A stretch of 64,000 nucleotides of DNA from a virus (taxonomy: Duplodnaviria; Caudoviricetes), in the IMG/VR virus record IMGVR_UViG_3300044630_004720; one strand, written 5' to 3'. The notes beneath the pieces were generated by a model. That model had not been told where the DNA came from. It made no database searches and was given only the letters and a program-made list of their open reading frames with translations. Shown here one piece after another: positions 56,219 through 64,000 of the stretch (positions are counted from its first letter, which is position 1; each line of letters begins with the position of its first letter). Both the position numbers and the translations under genes were made by a program.

Positions 56219-56794
56219 TTACTTTGCTTTATTTACTCCTGTAATTTTACCTTTGAATATTGAATCCCCAACCTTTAAAACAAGGTTTTCATTAATACTT
56301 GAGGTTTGTTGTGCAGTTAATATTTGATTTAATTTTTCGTCTAATACTTTTCTAACTGTGTTTTCAATTAAAACCGCAATTGCATTCATATCAACATTAG
56401 AAGAGCCTGTGGTAGATGGTCTCTGTGTCGGTTTTTGGGATTTTGAACTAACTCCCTCTTGTTCCATTAATCTTTTTGCACCCTTCACAAAATCCATATC
56501 TAAACTGTCGTTTAATGAAATTTGAGGTATAGGGTTTTCTCTCATCGCCTTTTTAATGGCGTCAGGTAATTTAGAATTTTCTATTCTATCAACAGAAGGC
56601 ATTCCAACCGGTTTTGTGTTTTGTCTAACTTGTGGTTGTGACATTTCCATCGTTGACTCATTACTTTCAACATAAAGTTTTGATTCGTCTATTTGACCTC
56701 TTTCGAAGTTTCCCGAATCTACTTTATTCATTACTTTTTTTGCTTGTACTAATTTGTACATTAAATCATTTTCTGATATTGCTCCGTTTCCCAT
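56219..56794 (-). CDS. Hypothetical protein
   Basis: 191-aa ORF. Confidence 0.65.
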   Translation of the reverse strand: MGNGAISENDLMYKLVQAKKVMNKVDSGNFERGQIDESKLYVESNESTMEMSQPQVRQNTKPVGMPSVDRIENSKLPDAIKKAMRENPIPQISLNDSLDMDFVKGAKRLMEQEGVSSKSQKPTQRPSTTGSSNVDMNAIAVLIENTVRKVLDEKLNQILTAQQTSSINENLVLKVGDSIFKGKITGVNKAK

Positions 56795-56809
56795 ATTACT
56801 AAATATAAT

Positions 56810-57703
56810 TTATACTAACGAATTTATCAATGTTTTAATCCTTTTTATAGTTTCAGATAAATTTTCAGGTTGATTTTCGTCTTGTACCTTTATGTTGTCT
56901 TTATTTAATAAAGTATCTAATTCTGTTCTTGATTCCTTATCAAATCTTGCTCTTGTCCCTTCTCCCGGTCTATCATTACCTGCAACTTGTCTTTGGTAAT
57001 TTTTCCAATCTCCCTCTTTTCTATTATATAAATCTTTGACCGCAGTTTCGTAATCTTGTTTGTTTACTACTTTTTGCCCTTCAATATCTTTTACTTTGCC
57101 CCTCAAATTATTTAAAACTTCAGGACCATAATTCTTTTGTGGTTCGGATGTTGGAATATCTTGTGGTTCAACTTTTTCTGGTTCAGGCGTTGGTTTTGGT
57201 TGAGGTTGTGGTGATGGTTGTGCCGGTGTAGGTGCGGTCGTTTTTGGTTTTGGTGGTGCTGGTTGTGTCGGTTGGTCCTTTTTAAATCTGGCGTCATCTT
57301 CAAACCAATAAGGTGAAAATATCTCAACCTTACTAAGTGACTTCATTGCGTTTGGTGCTTTACCTTTTTGGTATCCTGGTAAATCAGTTAATTTAAATGG
57401 ATTTAAACCTGGTTTTGTTTTAATTTGATTTACCCTATCTACTCTAAACATTTTCCAACCCGGTAATCCTTTCTTTGATGTTCCTTTAAACACATAAGCC
57501 CAAAAAACTAAATTACCTGATTTGGCGTGCGTTCCTAATACAACAGGTTCAATGTCATATCGTACACCATTTAATACTTCATCATCTTCACTTCTATAAT
57601 CAATAGTAATAGGCGTTCTTTCACTGATTGCATTCCTCAATAAAAGAAGTTTTGCATCTTGTTCAAGTAAAAGTTCCTCAAATATGTTTAATATTTCAGA
57701 CAT
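56810..57703 (-). CDS. WYL-domain protein with Pro-rich linker
   Basis: ITIDY...RYDIEPVVLG...VFWAY...WKMFRVDRV. Confidence 0.75.
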   Translation of the reverse strand: MSEILNIFEELLLEQDAKLLLLRNAISERTPITIDYRSEDDEVLNGVRYDIEPVVLGTHAKSGNLVFWAYVFKGTSKKGLPGWKMFRVDRVNQIKTKPGLNPFKLTDLPGYQKGKAPNAMKSLSKVEIFSPYWFEDDARFKKDQPTQPAPPKPKTTAPTPAQPSPQPQPKPTPEPEKVEPQDIPTSEPQKNYGPEVLNNLRGKVKDIEGQKVVNKQDYETAVKDLYNRKEGDWKNYQRQVAGNDRPGEGTRARFDKESRTELDTLLNKDNIKVQDENQPENLSETIKRIKTLINSLV

Positions 57704-58362
57704 TAAAAATCAGGATAGTTTTTGTTACCGTTATATTTGTTAAAAGCTACGGATTTTGTTCTATTGTTTATATCAGATAATGAACCAACAACTCCATTGT
57801 TATCTCCTTTTCCTTTTTCGTCACTATCTGAAATTGCGTTAGGGTGTGTCACACCGTATTCGTTTTTATTGGTGTACGTATTTTTAACTACGTTTTGTTT
57901 TCTTAAATTAATATCAGTGATTGAGCCGATTTTACCATCGTTTTCTCCTTTGCCTTTTTCATCACCATCTGACATTGCATTAGGGTTATTCACACTATAT
58001 CCAAAACCGTCGTTATAAATGTTTTTACCTAACAAATTAATTCGAGTATTAATATCAACAGAAGACCCTATGTTACCATTGTTTTCACCTTTACCCTTTT
58101 CGTCACCATCAGACAATGCATTTGGATTACTATCTGAGTATCCATTTGATGGGTTATATGGGTTTCTTGCTAAACTATCAATTCTGGCGTTGATATCTAT
58201 AGAAGAACCTATTTTACCGTTGTTATCTCCCTTACCCTTTTCATCTCCACTTGATAACGCATTTTCGTGATTAGAATTATATTCTGTTTTGAAATTGTAA
58301 GAATTTCTTGTTATGTGTTCTTGTCTATATTTTTCAGCAAGTTGTTCTAATTGTGTTGCCAT
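57703..58362 (-). CDS. 47-aa tandem-repeat protein (x4 plus partial)
   Basis: Y..N.NA(L/M/I)S(D)GDEKGKG.N.G.IGS..DIN.R repeated. Confidence 0.8.
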   Translation of the reverse strand: MATQLEQLAEKYRQEHITRNSYNFKTEYNSNHENALSSGDEKGKGDNNGKIGSSIDINARIDSLARNPYNPSNGYSDSNPNALSDGDEKGKGENNGNIGSSVDINTRINLLGKNIYNDGFGYSVNNPNAMSDGDEKGKGENDGKIGSITDINLRKQNVVKNTYTNKNEYGVTHPNAISDSDEKGKGDNNGVVGSLSDINNRTKSVAFNKYNGNKNYPDF

Positions 58363-58363
58363 A

Positions 58364-58843
58364 TTACATCAAATTTTTTATTCTTTCTATCTCTTCAAAT
58401 AACCCAAGTGAAGTAATTGGAGATTTGAATGAGTTATTTTTTACAAAATTAAGATTTGGTAGGAAATCGGGCTTTTTTGAGTGTTTCTTTAAAAAACTAT
58501 TTTTTCTTTCTCCTGAAATTCCACCCATTTCGTCCGCCTTCTTTCTCCCTTCTTTTCTATTTGTTATTTGGTCTCTGTCCTGTCCTAATACTGACCATCC
58601 CCATTTTTCCATTAAGTCACCACCATATAGATTATGTCTTTGTGGTTCACTTAATTTATCAACATTTTTTAAATCGTGAAGAATTCTTTTAAGTTGACCA
58701 TAATTTACTTTACCTGATTGTATTAATTCTTTTGCACGATTAGTACCAACAGTATCGGTTGAACTAATCTGTAGTTGTGAATTAAGATGTTTTATTATAT
58801 CAGGAGGTAAATTATATTCTCTACCCTTTAATTCTTTATTCAT
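58364..58843 (-). CDS. Putative head-associated protein
   Basis: GTNRAKEL...LKRI...YGGD..EKW; C-terminus LFEEIERIKNLM. Confidence 0.6.
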   Translation of the reverse strand: MNKELKGREYNLPPDIIKHLNSQLQISSTDTVGTNRAKELIQSGKVNYGQLKRILHDLKNVDKLSEPQRHNLYGGDLMEKWGWSVLGQDRDQITNRKEGRKKADEMGGISGERKNSFLKKHSKKPDFLPNLNFVKNNSFKSPITSLGLFEEIERIKNLM

Positions 58844-59630
58844 TATCTTCCATTTGTTTTAAAATAACTTTTGGTGAAATACCATTGTCCTTTAACGTTT
58901 GAAGTAACACTTTAATCTGTCTTTTAATTATTGGGTTTAAATCTTCTTGATTTTCTTTTTCTAAAACATCGTTTTCATTTGATTTTTTAGCAATAATACT
59001 TTCCAAATATTCTTCAATAAATTTTTTAGGGTTTTCAATTAATCTAACTTTATCGGTGTTAGCTAATTTTTCATCATAACCCATTTTTTCTAATCTTTCT
59101 TCAGCCTCATCGTCAGATAACCCTAATTCATTGGTAAAATGATTTTCTGCGGTATCAAAATCCACATCATTACCCATAGTATCTTCATAACCCAACGATT
59201 TATTCATTGCGATTTCTAATAAATCCTCTTTTGATAATTCGTATCCTTCAGCCCAATATTTCAAACTTGCTATGTTTTTACTTGCCGGTCCAAATGCGCC
59301 AAAAGTACCGATTGTATTCATATATGACTGAACATAATCATCTGTGGTGTCTTTTACGGTTATACCTTTAGTTGCGATATTTGATGGTTTTTCACTTCTT
59401 GCTATGTTTCCATCAACGTCAACTATTTCATCAACTTCTTTTTCCACTTTATCAGGTATCTTATCAAAATCGGTTTTATCAGAATACTCTTTAGCCCACT
59501 TTGACCATTTATTACCTTTTTTTCCTTTCTTTCCCTCTTTTTTTTCTTTTGCTGCGTTAGCAAAGAATAGCCTTTGTTGTGCTTTTGAGGCAAATTTCTC
59601 TTCAATTACTTGTTTTATAAACTGATTCAT
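58836..59630 (-). CDS. Putative head-internal protein
   Basis: VIEE|KFASKAQQRLFF...KWAKEYSDKTDFDKIPDKV; TATTTATA upstream (59645-59652). Confidence 0.6.
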   Translation of the reverse strand: MNQFIKQVIEEKFASKAQQRLFFANAAKEKKEGKKGKKGNKWSKWAKEYSDKTDFDKIPDKVEKEVDEIVDVDGNIARSEKPSNIATKGITVKDTTDDYVQSYMNTIGTFGAFGPASKNIASLKYWAEGYELSKEDLLEIAMNKSLGYEDTMGNDVDFDTAENHFTNELGLSDDEAEERLEKMGYDEKLANTDKVRLIENPKKFIEEYLESIIAKKSNENDVLEKENQEDLNPIIKRQIKVLLQTLKDNGISPKVILKQMEDNE

Positions 59631-59682
59631 TAAAAATCTTTTTATATAAATATCAAACAGAGGGAAAGATATTTATAGAAGT

Positions 59683-61128
59683 ATGAATACCCAAAATATT
59701 TTAAAGTTTTACGGTTCGAAGTTAGATATCAGGTTAGATAGCTCTGAATTTTATGATTATGAGGTTACAAAAACAGAAAATGACTATAATTCAGACGTTT
59801 TAGACCTGTCAACATCCATAACATATACCGCATTAACCATAAATGAGTCGTTAAATGGTTTTGGGTGTTCAAGAAACACTATCAAATTAACTGAATACGA
59901 TAATAGGACTAATGACCCGTCTTATATATATTCGGGGTTGTCAGCGACGGTTACATATTCTTCCTTCGTCAATCATATATCCTCAACATATCAACATACT
60001 ATATTAAATGATGATGTGTATGAATATGAGGGATTAACAGGAGAGACCCACTACTTTACTATAACGGCTTTTAATCAAGCTTTAAGTATTCATACAGGAT
60101 TTACCGCCACAAATGAAACAGATTTAATTTTAGGATTTGTTTCGGGAACTACATCAATTGAAAAATGTGAAGGTAGATTAGATTCTCCGTCGTATTGTTG
60201 TCCGTTTCCGCCAAAATTAAGTAATAAACCTTGGGCTTATCAATTTATTGACCCCATTGTTAATAGTTGTAGTCCATTTATCAAAAGGAGAACAGAAAAG
60301 GGTTGGACTCTTGACTTTATTTTTAATAGGGAAAGTTTACCTTGGTCATCTGGTGGAGTTTTTTATTACTTTGGAACCCGTGGCTCTTCCAATATAGATG
60401 ATTACGCAGATAATAATTTATCTTTTGGGTTTACTTCAGACAGAAGAATAAGGTGGACGGCTATCAGATATTCGGGAGAATGTGTTAACAACGCCTATAC
60501 CGAAAGTTATTATGTTGATTCAGACCAAACAGTTCCATTATGTACAACAGGAACCACCAAAGACTTCAACGTTACTATTGTATTCGACAGATACAAAAGA
60601 TATACTGAATGTAATTTGGAAAACGATGGCGGATGGAATGATTTATTAGGTTGGAGAATTGATGAGTATAGTGAAAGTGGGACCACATCCACTCAGTTGG
60701 TAACATATGACGCAGAAAACGAAGAATTAAATAAAAAATGGGCAGACGAGAGAGAACGAAGATTGGGTGTTTTAAAAATATACCTTAATGGTCGACCAAT
60801 TTACAAAAAAGAGAATTGGGAAGAGGTTGTTCCTTCAAAAAGAGGAGTACAACCATTTATACAATCTTGGGGTGGTGGTACAGGTTTAATGACTCATCAC
60901 GACGGTGTTTGTTGTTTTAATATGAAAACAATCAAGTATTATGAAGAACCGTTAGATTTTGTCCACGTTAGACATAATTTTTTAACGAGATTAAATCAAT
61001 ATGATTTCTTTATTTGTGGATTAAATTGTGAAGATGATGTTTACACCATTGAGGGTGGTCATATTATAAATCAAAATGGTGAAATCATAACAAGTAGCGA
61101 TGGTACACACATACTATATAGAACATAA
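59683..61128 (+). CDS. Putative tail protein with LamG/ConA-like beta-sandwich
   Basis: Cys-containing beta-rich sequence; FNVTIVFDR...LKIYLNG...KTIKYYEEPL. Confidence 0.5.
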   Translation: MNTQNILKFYGSKLDIRLDSSEFYDYEVTKTENDYNSDVLDLSTSITYTALTINESLNGFGCSRNTIKLTEYDNRTNDPSYIYSGLSATVTYSSFVNHISSTYQHTILNDDVYEYEGLTGETHYFTITAFNQALSIHTGFTATNETDLILGFVSGTTSIEKCEGRLDSPSYCCPFPPKLSNKPWAYQFIDPIVNSCSPFIKRRTEKGWTLDFIFNRESLPWSSGGVFYYFGTRGSSNIDDYADNNLSFGFTSDRRIRWTAIRYSGECVNNAYTESYYVDSDQTVPLCTTGTTKDFNVTIVFDRYKRYTECNLENDGGWNDLLGWRIDEYSESGTTSTQLVTYDAENEELNKKWADERERRLGVLKIYLNGRPIYKKENWEEVVPSKRGVQPFIQSWGGGTGLMTHHDGVCCFNMKTIKYYEEPLDFVHVRHNFLTRLNQYDFFICGLNCEDDVYTIEGGHIINQNGEIITSSDGTHILYRT

Positions 61129-61146
61129 AAACTAATATTTATAGAA

Positions 61147-62232
61147 ATGGCAGAAAATAAACTAATATCAGAACTATCAGGAATAACAAACCCAAGTCTT
61201 ACGGGGTATACCGTTTATGATGACGGAATAACCACCTACAGAATGGCTTTAGGTGAATTAGTGGCATACGTAACAGCCGAGGAAGGTGATTTTGCAACTA
61301 CGGGAAGTAACACATTTAACGGAAATCAAATAATTAGTGGTAGTTTAACAATTACAGGTTCCGTAACTGCCAATTCGTTTGTAGGTAATGGTAGTGGATT
61401 GACAAATTTACCGTTATCACATTTAACAACAACATCATCGTTTAACACATTTACGGGTAATACAATGTCAATGTTTAGTAGTTTGACCCCTGTTTTAAAT
61501 GATATACAAACATCAACAAGTTCTTTAAATTCATTTACCAGTAGTATTAATACTAAAACAGGTTCATTTGCAACCACTGGCTCAAATACATTTTTAGGTA
61601 GCCAAACCATAAAAGACGCCGTTATTATCGGTCCGAGTGGTAGTAGACACACCAATAATCCTGAAATGTTACACGTCCAAAATAGTGGAAGTTTTAATAT
61701 TGCACATCTTCAAGGTAATGTTGACAATTATTTTCAACTTAATATAAAGAATGAAAGTTCTGCCGCGGGAGCAAGTACTGACTTTGTTGCAACTGCTGAT
61801 AATGGTACTGAAAATTTACATTATGTTAATATGGGTATCAACTCAAGTGGTTTTCTTACACCGTTTTCAGTTGGTTATCAAAATGATGCGTACCTAATTA
61901 ACAGAGGTAGAGATTTATATATTGGTTCTTTGGATGGTCCGGATTATGACCATACTCACGTTCATTTATTTTCTTCTAATAGTTGGCAGAATCCACAGAT
62001 TAGTATTATAAGTGAAGGAAAGATAGGATTTAACACAGGTTCTGTAACAACAGGATACACATATGAATTTAGTGGTAGTGTTAAATTAAATAATAATTTA
62101 AAAACGGATGGATTTACAATATTAACAAATGTAACCTCAAGTTTTACAAATGACGCGGCGGCCGCGGCTGGTGGTGTACCATTACAAGGACTATATAGAA
62201 GTGGTAGTTACGTTTTAATTAGATTAACATAA
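61147..62232 (+). CDS. Tail fibre-like protein
   Basis: Repeated FATTGSNTF(N/L)G(N/S)Q; T/S/G-rich; C-terminal AAAAGGVPLQGLYRSG. Confidence 0.65.
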   Translation: MAENKLISELSGITNPSLTGYTVYDDGITTYRMALGELVAYVTAEEGDFATTGSNTFNGNQIISGSLTITGSVTANSFVGNGSGLTNLPLSHLTTTSSFNTFTGNTMSMFSSLTPVLNDIQTSTSSLNSFTSSINTKTGSFATTGSNTFLGSQTIKDAVIIGPSGSRHTNNPEMLHVQNSGSFNIAHLQGNVDNYFQLNIKNESSAAGASTDFVATADNGTENLHYVNMGINSSGFLTPFSVGYQNDAYLINRGRDLYIGSLDGPDYDHTHVHLFSSNSWQNPQISIISEGKIGFNTGSVTTGYTYEFSGSVKLNNNLKTDGFTILTNVTSSFTNDAAAAAGGVPLQGLYRSGSYVLIRLT

Positions 62233-62233
62233 T

Positions 62234-62602
62234 ATGGAATTTTTTATCAGACAGGGCGCAAGTGACCCAATATTGAAAATGAAATTGATTGATGACGGTA
62301 AAAACGACAAGTCGTCCTTTAATGATATGCTAGAAAATTCAGACATCACATTTGAAATGTTTGATGTTAAAACAGAAGAATATCATATCTTAAACGGTCC
62401 TTGTCTATTAACGACAAGAACCAAAAAGTATGACCAAACAACTGACGAATACTACATTACCTATCGTTTTTCAGAAGAAGGTACGTCAGTTAAAGGTAGA
62501 TACGAAGGAATTGTAACGGTTCAATTTTTAGATACAAACTCAAACCCAACAACAAAACTTATCCTTCCAATCAAAGAAAAATTATACATTAACGTAGTGT
62601 AA
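62234..62602 (+). CDS. BppU-N-like structural protein
   Basis: MEFFIRQG..P.L...L...YEG...F..KLILP pattern. Confidence 0.45.
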   Translation: MEFFIRQGASDPILKMKLIDDGKNDKSSFNDMLENSDITFEMFDVKTEEYHILNGPCLLTTRTKKYDQTTDEYYITYRFSEEGTSVKGRYEGIVTVQFLDTNSNPTTKLILPIKEKLYINVV

Positions 62603-62698
62603 TTTGTTTTTCACCGTTTAATTTTTTATATTTATTAAGTAACAAGGCAAACTGTGATTTAGGTCACAAGCTAATACGTCACTTTAAAAAAATATAAA

Positions 62699-64000
62699 AT
62701 GAAAGAGGTAATATCTCAGGAAGTTATTGAAAGCTTCCTTAACGGTGGTGACCCCGAAGAGTTCATCGTGGGTGTTGAATATGACTACCCAACCAACAAA
62801 ATCTACAAAATTATTCAGGACCCTATTCAGGGTAAAATCATCAAAGAAGATACGTTTACTCCATTTATGTGGGTAGGTGATTTATCAGGATTAAATTTCT
62901 ATGGTAATTCCAAATCCATTCAAAAGAAAAGGATGGGTGAATTCGGTATTCTTATTGAAAAATTAGAAACCGGTGGAAATGAAAGACTTGAAGCAGGTAT
63001 GAAATTTTTAGTAAAAAGTATTAAAAGTTATACTGACTTAATTTCATTTTTCAGAATGGGGGGATTAAATCCTTGGGATGAAAAATATAGACAATTTTTT
63101 ACAATACTATCACCCGTAGAACAATATCTAATTCAAAAAAGAAAAAGATTATTCAAAGGAATTGATGACTATGGTGGTGTACATCGATTTGTATTCGATA
63201 TTGAGACCACAGGTTTAGACCCTGAAACTTGTAATATCATTTTGATTGGAGTTAAGGATAACCGTGGTTTAAATGAAACAATTCCCGCATTTGGTGAAGA
63301 TGGTGAAAAGACTTGTATAGAAAGGTTTTTTTATCATATTAGAAATTTGAAACCAACAATTATTGGCGGTTATAACTCCGCATTCTTTGATTGGCCGTTT
63401 ATATTAAAACGTGCACAAATACTTGGTGTTGATATTGAAGGTTTGACACAAATCTTTACATCACAAGGTATGAAAGAAAAAGAGGGGATGTTAAAACTTG
63501 CAAATGAAATTGAACCTTATACACAACACGTTATATGGGGTTTTAATATTATCGATATTGCACATTCTGTTCGTAGAGCTCAGGCAATTAACTCAGAGAT
63601 TAAGTCTTGGGGTTTGAAATATATTACACAATATTTGGAAAAAGAAAAACCTAATCGTGTTTACGTTGATGGTGGTAAAATCTCAAAAATATATCTTGAT
63701 AATGAAAGTTATTATGTTAATCCTAAAACAGGTAACTATAAACAAATTGGTGACCCCGGTACTGAAGGATTAATGGAAAAATATCCCGGCAAGTTTGAGA
63801 TATGGCCAGGTAGAAAAATTGTAGAACAGTATCTTGATGATGACTTGTATGAAACTATGATTGTGGATGATTCGTTTTCACAATCAACGTTTCTACTTTC
63901 TAAATTGGTACCTACAACATATGAAAGAATTGCAACAATGGGTACTGCAACATTATGGAAGATAATAATGTTAGCTTGGTCATATGAAAACAATTTGGCG
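62699..64000 (+). CDS. polB: Family B DNA polymerase, 3'-truncated by the window (N-terminal + 3'-5' exonuclease)
   Basis: Open frame from ATG 62699 to the window end; ExoI VFDIETTG, ExoII GYNSAFFD, ExoIII YLDDD. Confidence 0.88.
   Translation, partial: MKEVISQEVIESFLNGGDPEEFIVGVEYDYPTNKIYKIIQDPIQGKIIKEDTFTPFMWVGDLSGLNFYGNSKSIQKKRMGEFGILIEKLETGGNERLEAGMKFLVKSIKSYTDLISFFRMGGLNPWDEKYRQFFTILSPVEQYLIQKRKRLFKGIDDYGGVHRFVFDIETTGLDPETCNIILIGVKDNRGLNETIPAFGEDGEKTCIERFFYHIRNLKPTIIGGYNSAFFDWPFILKRAQILGVDIEGLTQIFTSQGMKEKEGMLKLANEIEPYTQHVIWGFNIIDIAHSVRRAQAINSEIKSWGLKYITQYLEKEKPNRVYVDGGKISKIYLDNESYYVNPKTGNYKQIGDPGTEGLMEKYPGKFEIWPGRKIVEQYLDDDLYETMIVDDSFSQSTFLLSKLVPTTYERIATMGTATLWKIIMLAWSYENNLA

Noticed and set aside
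57703-58362. Curlin subunit for the CsgG-like pore
   Set aside because: No signal peptide, no N-x-A-x-x-x-Q-x-G curlin pattern, and located far from the cluster.
62641-62698. c-di-GMP-I riboswitch or T4 gp43-like autogenous operator upstream of the DNA polymerase (GGCAAAC + tgtga/tcaca hairpin)
   Set aside because: Lacks the GAAA tetraloop, GACGCAAAGC and P3 receptor; a single 5-bp hairpin is too weak to call.
1-64000. Stop-codon reassignment as in some jumbo phages; inteins or introns in terminase, capsid or polymerase
   Set aside because: Core genes are full-length and contiguous in the standard code, and no intein or homing-endonuclease motifs were recognised in the parts present.

Overview
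This AT-rich 64-kb window is part of a T4-like (gp17/gp20/gp21/gp22/gp23-type) jumbo phage genome. The host is most likely a Bacteroidetes/Bacteroidota. Three independent signals support this: TTTG-N19-20-TAnnTTTG host-type promoters, Sec signal peptides followed by +1 Gln, and a DUF4494-like gene. Contents in order: (1) 1-4.3 kb, an operon of Gly/Ala-rich proteins with candidate prohead-protease sites, including a PT-TG-like and a peptidoglycan-binding protein. (2) 5.4-11.9 kb, an RNA island on the minus strand with tmRNA, a ~900-nt GOLLD-like ncRNA, 7 tRNAs and structured tRNA spacers. (3) 12.1-23.8 kb, a cluster of exported proteins: two CsgG-like proteins, two cohesin/dockerin-like proteins (one with a C-type lectin domain), three beta-barrel candidates, two CTD-like lipoproteins and several small membrane proteins. 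This is the best candidate for an undescribed system. (4) ClpC lacking its N-domain, then a KTSC + nucleotidyltransferase pair. (5) The head module (terminase, portal, protease, scaffold, major capsid) with an antisense ribosomal protein bS21. (6) A long minus-strand block with baseplate-like genes, a late sigma factor, glycosyltransferases, PhoH, dUTPase, a WYL protein and repeat proteins. (7) Tail-like genes and the 5' part of a family B DNA polymerase. All domain calls come from recognising motifs by eye; no database search was run.
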